Assembly (NCBI RefSeq): GCF_036588685.1 | Contig: NC_086376.1 | Location: 83,121,630-83,185,629 of the forward strand | DNA from: Mytilus trossulus | Taxonomy: Eukaryota | Direction of reading: 5' to 3' | Length of the DNA stretch: 64,000 bases | Shown here: piece after piece, positions 27,177-40,380 of the stretch | How the letters are laid out: the number at the start of each line of letters is the position of its first letter | Numbering within the stretch: the stretch's first letter is position 1 | Notes under the pieces: model-generated | The model's input: only the letters and a program-made list of their open reading frames with translations | Database searches by the model: none | Told to the model about the DNA's origin: nothing | Position numbers and translations under genes: made by a program

Positions 27177-28086
27177 GTAAGTGAATTGGTTATGCGAAAC
27201 AAACCATTTCGACATGTGCTGTTGTTGTACTGTCTTTCAATTTCATTTCATGAACAATTGTGTTCATTTTGTTAGGGTATTTTAATTTTTTAGTCCATTT
27301 TTGTAATATGTTTTAGGCGTGGCTTTTTATTTATCCTGCCCTTGTGATATTGTGCTATGCTCTTTTTTTGTATCTTTGTCTTTCATTTTTGCTCATCTGC
27401 TTGATATATAGAGTGTCTATATGCCATTTTGTATTTTTTGTGTGACGCAATTTTTTTTAAAGTGATTAAGATTACTACATAATGTTGATAACTGTACCTA
27501 AATGTTGCAATGTTTACCAATTATGTCTATTTTGCTCGCACAATGAATAACCTAACTATCGCTAAATGTTATGTAGAAATTCGCACGAGTACGGTTTCAA
27601 ATTATGTCGAATGATGCTTTTTTCCATAAAATCTTTGCTTCAAATTCCACTGATATGAATTTTAGAAAAAAAATCAAATCTTACTTAGCCGTCTTTGTAG
27701 TTTTTAATTAATAATCAGTGTATCAACTAAGATAAATGTCTTTCGATTGTATTAGCACTGGCATGAGCGAATTTGTTTGCAGAAATATTTGGAATGACCT
27801 GTTTCTCAGATAAAAGGTGCCAGGTTTGGTGTATCAGAAATTCCGGTAACCAGTACAGTAGGGTCTGGTGTATAAATACAGTTAAACTGATGCCACTTCC
27901 ATAAAATAATTTGTAGTGATGCGTTTAACGTTGATAGGAAACAGGACCAAGAAAAGGTGTTTTGCGTCTTATGACATTTTTGTATTGTTTACCTCACTTT
28001 TAGTTGCTTACTATTTTCTACATAGAACAGTTTAATTATGAACTGTCACAAATGTAAAAGAGGAAGTAAAAAATTATATTTTTCAG

Positions 28087-28158
28087 GATCTCCAAGGGCA
28101 ATCGAATTACAACGCTAGATGGGAATTTATTTCAAGGCTTGACTGCTCTTCAACACTT
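28087..28158 (+). CDS. 72-bp LRR exon, type C (ISKGNRITTLDGNLFQGLTALQHL)
   Basis: TTTTTCAG acceptor, GTAAGT donor, phase 2-2, good LRR consensus. Confidence 0.85.
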
Positions 28159-28410
28159 GTAAGTAATTTGATTTTGTTTCAAAAAAATCAACCATTTTGT
28201 ATTGTCGGTTTTCAGTCTTATAACGTCTCGCAACCCTGTGTCTTTTGTTCGTTTTTAATATTTTGCCATACTATTTTGAGTTTGTCATCGATTTAAATTA
28301 TGATTATCCCTTTGGTTTCTCGTTTGTATTCTCCCCCCTTCTTATTCGCGTAAAATAGGATTTTTTGCTTGGTTTCGTTTTTTTACTACAATATGTGTAT
28401 TTTCCTTTAA

Positions 28411-29055
28411 CAGGTTGGGAACAAACCCTCTCTATGGTGATTATACCTGTATAGAGGGATAAAGCTTCTATAGAGGGATAAAATTATCCCTCTATAGAGG
28501 GGTATTTTTGTTTAGACTGGATTTAAATCAAAACAAGGCAGAAAGGCATTCTCTACTTATTATGGCAGTAACATGCAACAGTTGATGCACCAATTGATGT
28601 ACTTAGTTTAATATGCACATGCCCAGTTTGCTGCTTATCTGACTAAATATAAAATCTATTGTTCACCATGATTGAAAGCTGTGATGATCAGGTAAATTCT
28701 ACTCACTTATGCCTCACTGAACAGAATTTCTATTGTTAGATTTAACATGAAATTTAAAGGTCAACTATTCCTTTTGATGTTGATCAGGTGTTCAGATAGG
28801 TATACAATAGATTTCAAGTTTTGTCACTTTAGCAGAAAACGGGTTATCCCAATTTTTAGTGAAGTGCATATGTTGATGCACCTACTGCTAGAGTTTATAG
28901 CCAATATAATTAGAAAATGCCATTCTGCCCTAATTTTCTTTAAATCCAGTGCAAACACAAATACCCCTCTATAGAGGGATAATTTTATCCCTCTTAAGAA
29001 GGTTTATCCCTCTATACAGGTATAATCACCATCCAGGGGGTTTGTTCCCAACCTG
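28411..29055. mobile_element. Foldback-type MITE
   Basis: Termini CAGGTTGGGAACAAACCC / GGGTTTGTTCCCAACCTG; inverted similarity extends about 200 bp; flanked by TTTAA on both sides. Confidence 0.85.
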
Positions 29056-30151
29056 TTTAATAAAATTTTGTCGCTCGTTATCTGTATTTGGCTGCCAGGA
29101 AACAGCAAACAGGAAATACATAATTTTAATCAAGTATACATTAAATTTTATATACTTTAAATACTATAATCTATATACATCTTTGATGATTAACTTACTT
29201 CTTTAGAACAACCAACACACTGTACTCTAAAGTATTTTTATTTACCCCTGTGAATATTTTATCCAGTTGTACACATGTGGAAATAGGGGCATTTAACATT
29301 TAACGTAAGAGAGGCCAAATTTAATTTTGACATTAAGAAATCGAGCTTGTGGTTCAATTTGGTCGCTAACATAAATGTTTCCTTATTTAAACTTATCAAT
29401 ATCCTTTGCGATAAACCAAGCCCTTGACCTCAATTAATGACTCATATTTTTGTTGTTGTTATTTCCTTCAATAGTGTGTATGTTTTCTTTATCTTTTCCT
29501 GTTTTGTTTAATCTTAAATTTTGTGATAAGGAAATAAAAATGAGAGAAAACTATTTTGGGAATGTTATTTTGAAAAACGTTTCTAAAGTTTCATAGAAAT
29601 AATAAAATATTCCTATTTATTTTTTATAAAGTTTCACGTTATAGTGTATAATTTCTAAGAATAATAAGACTGCTTAAAGCTTGAAAGTCGTCGATTATAA
29701 ATTTTGTCGTCCGATTCTTGTTGATTATTCCTATATACGGCAACTGAGATAACAAAATGAGGGAATGCCTGAGTGTTATTATATTGACACTAAACCTCCT
29801 AAGATATATCATAAGCAATCAGAAACTATATCATCTTTGAAGTAAACAAAGAAAACAATGCCAGCGGACCAATCAAAATAATTTCTTGTATGTTATGCAC
29901 ATTATATAAAAATTATCCTGCAGTAACACTACATTTATCTCAAAAGATTATCAATTTGTACTATACAATATTGTTGAGCTAAATGACAAGGTGGCATACT
30001 AGCATTTTATCCTTTGATTTTAACATTTGTTTTTTAAGTTTTAACTCACTGAATTATTCATGATAACATAAAAAGAATAATTATAGGTATTTACGAAGCG
30101 GAAAAACTTTGATATTAAAGAAAATTAATTATATGGATTTTTCTTTATCAG

Positions 30152-30350
30152 GAAACACCGATTTGATGGTAAAGATGTCACTTAAACCAATGGAAATAAT
30201 ACCTAAAGCTGATTGCGGTGCATTCTAAGGAACAAATGTACAACAGTTCCAAGTAACATGTACTAAACATTAGTCCACGTTTTAACTTCCATTGTAAATA
30301 TTTATGTATAATATTGAGTGAATAAAACTGAATGTTTCAGAAATAAAATG
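30152..30350 (+). CDS. Candidate terminal exon and 3' UTR of LRR gene copy 2
   Basis: TTCTTTATCAG acceptor; stop at 30185 (phase 2) or 30228 (phase 1); AATAAA at ~30342; paralogue of 10756. Confidence 0.4.
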
Positions 30351-31349
30351 TACTGTTTAGTTGATATGAGTTCTAGAAAACTTTTTTTAAATGGAATTGA
30401 TAATGAATTTCCGTAATAATTTAATTGAAAAGTCAGAGCCTACTTTGAAATTCATGAGTATTTTGTATATCATCACACTGTATTATAAGTATATTCGTAT
30501 AACTTTCTTCGTTAACACTGCCGCCTTCGTTTGTATAACATTTTTTTTTCATAGTTTACAATTAATGGCTGTCTTTTCAGTATTTTTTAAGGCATTCATT
30601 TTATTACTGTTTCAGTCTTTATTGTTTTGACATTTTCAATATTCAGATGCAGTTGAATATACACAAAATCATATCTACGTTTATCCACTAGGTTTCCCAT
30701 AAATGTGTCTGTTTCCCTAATCTAGTAACCGAATTGATTTGAATTGGTTTAGTTTCATATTTTAAGAAGGGGAATTCAACCAGTGAAGAAACAATTTGCA
30801 TGAAGCAAAACCTGTGCCTTTCTTTTTGGAGAAGTTTAATACTTTTATTTCTGTTGTGGTTAAAGCGGTCTTTGCTTTTGTTACTTCAATTTCACTAAAA
30901 ACTATGACTATAGTCATGCGAATATGAAGATTTTCACATACAAAAGTCATATAAAAGTGAGTCCAAAAGATATGCTTAATATATACATGATTTAAGATTT
31001 TTTATTGTTGGTTTTGGCTTTTAACTAGCTGTCATCAACTATAAGTATTCTCAAATCGTACATTCTTTTTAACTCGGCCTATACAATTTGTAATATTTTT
31101 TTGTTATTTAATGTTTGGTCATTCAGGGTTATATCTTCTATAATATATACCAGCTTTGATGTGTGTTTGGTATGACTATAAATTTCACTCCGTCGGACAA
31201 GGAACAGCAAAATTATGTATTTTGTTAAAATATTTCTTTTCCCATTTAAACAGTAGACCTGACAACAAACTTATTTCTATCTTGTATATTTTTGTAATCG
31301 GCGGATATTTGTTCAAGGTTATAGTTGTCTGAGTTTGGTTGATATTTTA

Positions 31350-31927
31350 TATATTTGTCCTGTTTACAAAACTTTTGAATTTTTCAAAAAACTGTAGATT
31401 TTCTTATCCCAGGCATAGATTACCTTAGCCATATTTGGGACAACATTTTGGATTTTTTTTATCTTAAATACTCTTCAACTTTATTAGACTTGTTTGGCTT
31501 TATTCATATTTTGACATGAGCGTCACTGATGAGTCTAATGTAATACTATAATAATCCTGGTACTATTGACACCACTGGGTCGATGCCACTACTGTTGGAC
31601 GTTTCGTCCCCGAGGGTATCATCAGCCCAGTAGTCAACACTTCGGTGTTGACATGAATAACATTAATGTGGTCATTTTTATAAATTTCCAATTTACAAAA
31701 CTTTTGAATTTTTCAAAAAACTAAGGATTTTCTTATCCCAGACATAGATTACATGTACCTTAGGTATTTTCGGCACAACTTTTTGGAATTTCGGAATCTT
31801 AATGCTCTTCAATTTTGTACATGTTCGGCTTTATAAATATTTTGACATGAGCGTCACTGATGAGTCTTATGTAGACGAAACGCGCGTCTGGCGTACTAAA
31901 TTATAATCCTTGTACTTTTGATAACTA
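31350..31927 (+). mobile_element. Non-LTR retrozyme, family 1: first hammerhead (31521) partly deleted, second (31852-31893) intact
   Basis: Same unit as 23285-23900; ends TTTGATAACTA. Confidence 0.85.
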
Positions 31928-33195
31928 ATTATAGCGTTTATTTCTATGTTGTGATGTTACAGTGTTGTTTCATATGAGGTTTGGTATCTAGTAAACCGTT
32001 TAACAAGACGCAATTGTTTGCAACAATCCTATGACAGAAATCTGCTGTTCAGTAGTCGTCGTGTGTTGTTGTGGTTCATAAGTGTTCCTGATTTACATGT
32101 ATATTAGACGGTTGGTTTTCCTGTTTGCATGGTTTTATACTAGTGATTTTGGGGTTATTTATAGCTTACTGTTCAGTGTGAGCCAAGCCACCGTTTGAAT
32201 ACCATTTTTTGGCCTATAATGGTTAACTTTTAATAATTTTGACTTTGATGGAGCGTTGTCTCATTGACACTCATACCACATCTTCTTTTACCTGTTTATC
32301 ATGAGATTCGACAAAAGGCTGTTTAGAAATTGTTTCATAAACATAAACAAAAACAACAGAATGCCTGATAGTATTTAACAGTACTGATCACACCAACACA
32401 CGATACCGATACAACAAATATCAAATGGGAGACAAAAACAAAGGAATTCCATATGGTTATGAAAGTCTTTAAGTAAGCATTCATAGTCCATGCTTGGTTT
32501 TTAGTTTACTATTAGTCTATGACTCAGTCGTATTTTGTTTTTGTAATTACATTATAAGTTTTTGCTGTTTTGAAGACCAATGTTGCTCTCTAATAATATT
32601 ACAAAATTATTTTCATGAGAGAACAAAATTATGAGAGATGTTATTTTTAAATTATTAAATATAATAAGATGTGTGTAAAAATATGACGAATAAATTAGGG
32701 CCAAAGTTATCACATTGTCTTCCCACAAATATGTGAAGAAAAAAAACTCAGTTCTATAATAGTTATACTCTTTCACAATTGAATTTTTTTTTAATACAAA
32801 GTCTTTATTATATCATAGACCTTTGATCCACTCCCTGCTGGTTTTAGGTTATAAAATAGTGCAAAATGGGGTACCAAATTAAGACGCGTTTGAATGAACA
32901 ATATTGTACATTGATGTTTAGAACTGGTTTTGTCAGATTAATTTAGTAAAGCGTTCATCAGAAACATATTGTCTGTTGTTCTGCACTCCGCAGTGAATGA
33001 TATATGTTCAAGGCAAATGAACTTTTTTAAAATAACAAGTACTAATGTGTTATATTTTGAGCACTCAGTTCTAATTTTGACTTAAATTGAATTTATGAGT
33101 AAAATATAAGTGTATGTCTGCGGATCTCTGCGTTTAATAGTAATATAATGAAATGAAAAGAACTGGAGTCAAATAACGGAAAAAAAGAGTACTTA

Positions 33196-33362
33196 GGGGA
33201 TTACTGCATTGTATTTTAAGCTCCGACGGCATCCATTAGGATTTTGATGGTCGCAAATCAATTTTACTGGCGACGCGTTAGCGGAGACAGTAAACGGGTA
33301 TTTGCGACCATCACATCCCCATTTGATGCCGTCGGAGCTTACAATACAATATTGTTATCTCC
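33196..33362. repeat. ~165-bp imperfect palindrome (probable non-autonomous DNA element)
   Basis: ATTGTATTTTAAGCTCCGACGGCATC...GATGGTCGCAAAT is inverted as ATTTGCGACCATC...GATGCCGTCGGAGCTTACAATACAAT. Confidence 0.7.
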
Positions 33363-33825
33363 ATTCTTATGAAACTGACATAAAACCACAGTTAAAACAT
33401 ATATTTAAAATCTGTCAAATGCCATCTGCGCTTGCGTGTACGTTCCATGAGGTTATCTAATCAAAATGAATGTTAAAAACGTTATTGCATTAGAATACTC
33501 GATGTATATTGCAGATCTGGCTAAATATGATTATTTGTATTGAAAGTTTATTTCCTTACACTAATCAATGCATTCGATATATGCAGGTGAAAAGGAAACA
33601 ACTTTAATTCAAGAAAATAAATTTACTTATTTTTCCAATAGCTTTAAATGTATGTACGGATATTTTTCTACATAAACGCAATCATCTGCTTTGATTTTCT
33701 CAATTGTTTGATACTAAAAATCTTTTTTTAAACTGTGTTAATTTTTATGGGCAATAAAGTATACAAATAATTCATAAACATACAATCAAATCAGAGATGA
33801 CGGACTGTACCTACATATGTAGTGA

Positions 33826-34778
33826 CTACACCTCTACAGGTAATATGCCACTGTCTGTAAATAGACAATAGAAAATAGTATTTGTCTCTTCAAAAGCGAA
33901 AAGTATTCCCTCTGGCCAGTCTTGATATGTGTCTTTATCGGAAACTAACAGTGCTTTGTAAGGCATGCTGTATTGCCCCTTTGATATTCTTAGTTTAGAA
34001 CATACTAAAATTAGTTCCACTTTATTATGAACTATCTCAAACTGACTGGTCAATATATTTGTGTCATTTTCCAAAAAGTCATGACAGGAAATATCACTTT
34101 GTTCAGAATCGACAGAAAATTTCCATGTTTCTGAAATCATATCATGGACTTTTGTGCTTTTAGAAAATACAAATTTATCAAAATTCATGATAAAATTGAT
34201 AATGAATACTGAACAATGCTCAAAATGTTTCTCAATTCTGAAGTCTAGACCAAAAACCTGTTTTAAGAGCGGATAATTCTCGCAACATGATAATATCATC
34301 TGTTCATTTTCCTGGTCCAAGTTATAGAATTGATAACATTTCATTTGCTTGTAAAACACCTAGCATGCCTAAAGCTATTTCTGTATCATTTTTATGATTT
34401 GCAATAGCATACACCATTCTTCTTTCTAACCTGCTTTAAGCAAAGTCCATCGGTTCTTAGTATGTATAATCTAAGACGCATTCAGGGATGTCAGATTCGT
34501 CTAATCCTGAAACCATAGGAACAATAACTGGCTGTTTATTTTCGTTCTTCATTTGACCCATCACAGCAAGATCGAGTTCTTTCATACACCATTGACTCTT
34601 TAGAAATTCCTGCGTCAACAAAACACATATAACAACTGAGCTTTTAAGGCAGTCCTTTATAATCACTCTCGCAGGTTTTGTAAAGGAAAAAAATGTGGAA
34701 ACATTTTCCAAAAGATAAATATTGCTGTTGAACTTCTACCAATGGTCTTTGGGACGCTTGATATCGCGATAAACTCAT
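33826..34778 (-). pseudogene. Disrupted paralogue of the TIR-domain gene at 43301-44374
   Basis: Collinear with the intact copy. Lesions: ~101-bp deletion at ~34660, TTA>TAA stop at 34457-34459, 12-bp deletion at ~34452, 2-bp deletion at ~34327. Confidence 0.9.
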
Positions 34779-34789
34779 TGTGTTCGTCT

Positions 34790-36030
34790 GAAATTAATAA
34801 AATATTAATAAAAAAAATTATATTATATGTAAATGAAATTTTGTAATATTTAATCGTGTTAACGAGCACTTAGTCTGTAAGTATTTTTCAAGAAATTGAT
34901 GGAAACTTTCTAGGATTTTGTGGATGCAGAATATATGATTTGTAGATCATTTCTTGTTAATCGTGTTTGCTATATGTAAACAAGTTTTTATTTATCTATA
35001 ACAGTTTTCACGATTATCGAATAAAACTGAAAAAAGGTTTTGAAAAACCCACTCGTGTGTCAAGATGACAAAAACAAAACACGTCAGTCCTCACTGCGTA
35101 TTTCTACCTTAGACTCATACCGGACAACGGGTTTTAACCGAAAGTTACAATATGACTCGAGGAATGATAGCAGGGCCTATTTGGACGGACAGTTTAACAT
35201 ATAATGAAATTACAAATCGTTTCCTTTATTCAACTTGTGTGTTTATTGATTGGCAGTTTATTCATTGTAAAGTATTTTAATGATTCCTCATTATCACATA
35301 TATTTTTATATGTATTTAAAAGATTAAAAGAGGGCGCAAGATACCAGAGATACAATTAAACTCATAGATTGAAAATAAACTGACAAAGCCTTGGCTAAAA
35401 AAGAATATAACTAAATGCAGTACAGTTTCTAACAAGGATATAAAAGTGTCAGCTTGAAGTAATATTGCAAGAGATTTGTTCTAAAGCTACATAAATAAAA
35501 AAACGTCTAGGCAAATTCAATAAACTTGCATAAAAACAAAAGTTCGCAATCAATCAACAAAACAAGTAAAACACAACTGCCATGATCCTGATTTGGTACA
35601 AGCTTTTCCCGAAGAAAATAGTTCGTTAAACCTGGTATTATATGTAGCTTTACAAAGCTCTTATATGACAGTTTTGTTTGGGGTTATATTTAAAAAAAAA
35701 AATAGATGAGCAACGTAAACATAGTCGAAAGTCTGGTGAACGAAAGCCAACGAAATTTCACGTTTAATATGATTGATTATTTAGGTACATTATGCAACCA
35801 AATAGATACGATATAAAATAGGACTTTAAATACCTTCAGGTTATTTATAGACTGAGATGGAAATAATTCTCATAGATATAGCTTCGAGTTAGATTAAATT
35901 GTACTAAAAATAATGCTTGTTTTATTTGCTAAAGCGTAAATAACGATTGAAAACTGTTGGGATATCCAAAACAAAACTTTGAGGATTAGATTGGATTGTT
36001 TTATAAACAACATGGAGATATATGTCCAAA
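34790..36030. repeat. Duplicated upstream region of the TIR gene
   Basis: 34790-35775 matches 44386-45220; 35778-36030 matches ~46772-47030. Confidence 0.85.
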
Positions 36031-36748
36031 CGTGTGTAATGATCATTTGTTAAAACATTATGTTTGTTGTTCATGTAAATCTTAGTTAACTTAGAAAGAA
36101 GATGTAAGCATCACAGAGCATCATAAAAAACTAAGAACCATTGTGAAAATACTGAAATTATTTCATATAAGGAATGACTGTAATATTTTTCTGTCTATTA
36201 AAAAAAATAACATAAAAAATTTGATGCACACTGAATAACGCGCTGTGCATCACAATTTTTAAGGAAGAGAAATGTCTGATAAGGCACGTATTGTGCTAAA
36301 TACATGTATACCAGAGAAAATGTTTTCAATGCATTTTTAAACATCAAGACTTTTTTTGTATGCTCAGGGTTTTCATGGCTTTCATTATAACTTTTAAAGA
36401 AGTTTTTCCTACAATATATAGGTAATGCATGTGATTTTCACACATTTAGGAAAAGGACATTTAAAATGTTTCACTCATGAAGTGTCAACATGCAACATAC
36501 CTTCAATAACACATACATAATTTCCATGATCCCAACAGGAGCCCCCTCACTTCAGCCAACAGTGTTGTGTTTTGTCTGATTAACAATATTACGTCGTGAT
36601 TAACACATTATACTACAATTTTTTTTAAACAAATAGCATTTTCAAGCTGACTTTAGAGTGTTAATACAAGACATAATTGACTAAACTTCTTTCTGCTGTA
36701 AAATTTTAGCAAGGGTAGAATTGAGAAAGGGAAGGGAAACTACTGCTT

Positions 36749-37494
36749 ATGTTTCAATTTGGTGACTATTTGGAACGCATCTATCCCATCGAATTGGAGA
36801 TAAAGAATACTACAGATACAGTTAAGTCGGCTTCATATCTTGACTTACATCTAGAAATTGACAATGAGGGTCGGTTGAAAACAAAACTTTACGACAAAAG
36901 AGATGATTTCAGCTTTCCAATTGTGAACTTTCCATTTCTAAGTAGCAACATTCCAGCAGCACCTGCATACGGGGTATATATCTCCCAATTGATACTATAT
37001 TCCCGTGCTTGCATTTCCTGTCATGATTTTCTCGATAGAGGGTTACTGCTCTCAAGGAAGCTATTGAACCAAGAGTTCCAAATGGTGAAGTTGAAATCAT
37101 CCCTTCGTAAATTTTACGGACGCTATCACGAGTTGGTTGACCGTTATGTAATAAGTGTTCACAAATGATATCGGATATGTTCCTTAGTCGTAACTACAAT
37201 CCCCTTCCCTTTCATGAATGTGACCTACCGAATTAGACTATTTACCGGATTTGTAATCACATAAGCAACACGACGGGTGCCACATGTGGAGCAGAATCTG
37301 CTTACCCTTTCGGAGCACCTGAGATCACCCCTAGTTTTTGGTGGGGTTCGTGTTGTTAATTCTTTAGTTTTCTATGTTGTGTCATGTGTACTATTGTTTT
37401 TCTTTTTGTCTTTTTCCTTTTTAGCCATGGCGTTGTCAGTTTGTTTTAGATTTATGAGTTTGACTGTCCCTTTGGTATCTTTCGTCCCTCTTTT
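36749..37494 (+). mobile_element. 5'-truncated Penelope-like retroelement (RT C-terminus plus 3' region)
   Basis: IYPIELEIK...YLDL...TKLYDKRDDFSFPIVNFPFLSSNIP..PAYGVYISQL motif. No GIY-YIG after the thumb. Decayed copies at ~2720, 9150, 20480, 25990, 47300 and 54085. Confidence 0.85.
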
Positions 37495-39349
37495 CAGAAG
37501 GTACAATGTACAAATTTGCCTCTTTACATATTATTTATCCCTGGGGTACATTACGTGCAGGATTTAAAAAATAATGCTCTCAATGTTTGCTTTATGGCAA
37601 CATTGTGGCGCTTATTGTTATGAAAGGAAATATCACTGCAATGAAGCTACTCCAACATCAATATTCTGTCAGCTTGATCAGGTTGTGGCTTTGTGCTTTA
37701 AAGCCGCATCATTGCAGCATTGTTGCCTTAACAATTTATATTTCATAAGGACCGGCATTCAATTACGATATTATCATGTTCAAAACCTTATACATCTGGT
37801 TAAGGAAAGGAAACATGAAACAGCATTCATGTTAAATTTTTTGTCTTTCAAAAACAAGCTTACTAGATTCAAAGAAGTTCACATAATTTTACATGTATGT
37901 ATAGTCTGAAAAAGGAGTATTAAAGAAGTTCGTATCACTGTCACATGCTGAAAACAATAAGGTTCAAAGCCAAATGGTAGATAAACCTCATGGTTTTGTT
38001 GTTGTGTTTTGGTTTTTTCGTTTTTGTTGCTTCTTTTAAAAAGGGGGGACTTGACTGCTGCATGACTTTACTTTTTGGTCTTATCAGAGCTTTATAAATG
38101 CATATTTTTTTTAAAGAAAAATGGATTTAGGTAATACTATCTACTTACGTGTTCCAATAGGAATAAAAAATGTCTGTCTTTGCAACAATTCTTTGAAATC
38201 TCAGAAGAAACATGTCGGTCACCAGCTTTTGCAGTATTATGTTATAATTTCAAAATAACATTCACTGATGGCATACCACATTTTTCCTTCTATATCTCTT
38301 GTTCGTTCTTTCGGTAATACTATTTCAAGGAGTACCACAAATCATCAGTTGTTATGTTAAGTAACGAAACTTCAGACAAAAACAAGTCTCTTCTTCCAAG
38401 GAAAGCACATTAAAAAAATACCTGTCGTTACTGCAAGTGTCACATTTGTCTATGAAATCTTAAATGCTACACATTTTATCACAATTATTTGAAGATTATA
38501 TCAAAACATATATTAAAAAGTTATTTCAGTAAGGGTAAGCAAAACAAAATCATCAAACTACAGATGGGTGCATCCTAACCTGTACAGCAATTTAACTTGA
38601 TGACCAGTCATTTGGACTGGTCAAAGTTAACCTGTGACCGGATTTTGGACTGCTCTGACCAGTCCTAGGAACTAAATCTAGTTAACTTGAAAAGCAGACT
38701 TGGTCCTAGGACTGTTTAGTTGTCTGCCAAAAAGTTAACTTGGAAACAGGTCCGCTATTGATATAAGTTAACTTCGAACCAGTCCTGTCATAAGTTAACA
38801 TATTAAGTTAACTTCGGAACCAGTCCTGTCATAAAGTTAACACAAATTAACTTCGAAACCAGTCTGCCACAAAGTTAACATAAGTTAGCTTCTGCTTTAA
38901 CAAATCCGATCAAAACCAGACCTGTTCCCATGTTAACTTTTGACTGGTCTGCTCAACACTAAGTTAACTTGTAACCAGGACCGATCTACATCGATGTTTT
39001 AAAAATATTTTTCATATCTTTGATTCGTAGTATAAACATCGAAAATAAAGTAAAATTAATACTTCCGATTTATAAACAGGATTAAATACAAATGTTTGAA
39101 AATTAAGAACGCATAAAACGTTGCTTTGAACACAAATTTATCTGTGATCTGACAATCTATCTATTATAAAAACGATCATGGTTACAACGATAACAGGCAC
39201 TGAATATATGTTCCAATACCTATTAAATTTAATCATATATGCACTTTATTATGTATATCTTTGAAAAGAAGTATAGTTGATGTTAGTTGTAAACGTCCTT
39301 GTTAGATATAATCCCTGATTTATGCAGCCACAATCAGCAATAGTTTAAT

Positions 39350-40380
39350 TCATGTTCGCATAAATTTAGGATGCAAGCATGTCCTCCTTATATTCAAATC
39401 ATTGATACGTAACAAAATTTCAGTAGTTTTGATACCTCATGCTGACTTGTATAACTAAATTATTTGACCGCATTGTCCAAAACTGACTATATGTGTATTA
39501 TCCCATTTGATATCTCATACTGATTTGTACAACAAAATTATTTTACTGCATCAACCAAAACTGACCCTATGTGAACTTTAAATTGTAAATCTATGTGCCC
39601 GCATAGTAAATCAGCCATATTTTTTATGTCAAGATTCAATGTATAATACAATGTACAGAAATTTTGCAATTCATATGATAGAATAACAACACATTTTTGT
39701 TCGCATAAATTTAGAATGCCATCATGTCCTCCTTTTATAAATAAAATATTGATATGTAACAAAATTTCTGTAGTTTTAAGACTCGTGCTGACTTGTACAA
39801 CAACAATATTTGACTGTATTGACCAACACTGACCATATGTGCACTTTAATTTGTAAATCTATATACCATCATAGTAAATTAGCCATATTTTTCATGTCAG
39901 GATTCAATGCCTGATACAATGGACAGCAATATTGCAATGAAATAACAACAAATTTGTTTTCGCATAAATTCATGGTGCCAGCATGTCCTCTTTTTACTCA
40001 AAATACTGATACGTAAAAAAATTTCAGTAGTTTTAATACCTCATGCTGATTTGTACAACAAAATTATTTGACCACATCCACCAAAACTGACCATATGTGC
40101 ACTCTTATTTGTAAATCTATATACCCGCATAGTAAATCAGCCATATTTTTCATGTCAGGATTCAATGTATACATCAATGGACAGCAATATTGCAAAACAA
40201 TAACAACAAATTTTTTTCCGCATAAATTTAGGGTGCAAGCATGTCCTCTTTTTACTCAAAATACTGATACGTAACGAAGTTGTAGTTTTGATACCTCATG
40301 CTGATTTGTACAATAAAATTATTTAATCAAAACTGACCATATGTGCACTTTTATTTGCAAATCTATATACCCGCATAGTA
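39350..40380. repeat. ~260-bp tandem repeat, about 4 units, inside the TIR element
   Basis: CGCATAAATT...CATGTCCTC recurs at ~39357, 39702, 39961 and 40220. Confidence 0.8.

Noticed and set aside
30762-30950. Minus-strand ORF with a possible splice acceptor
   Set aside because: No recognisable domain and no partner exons found
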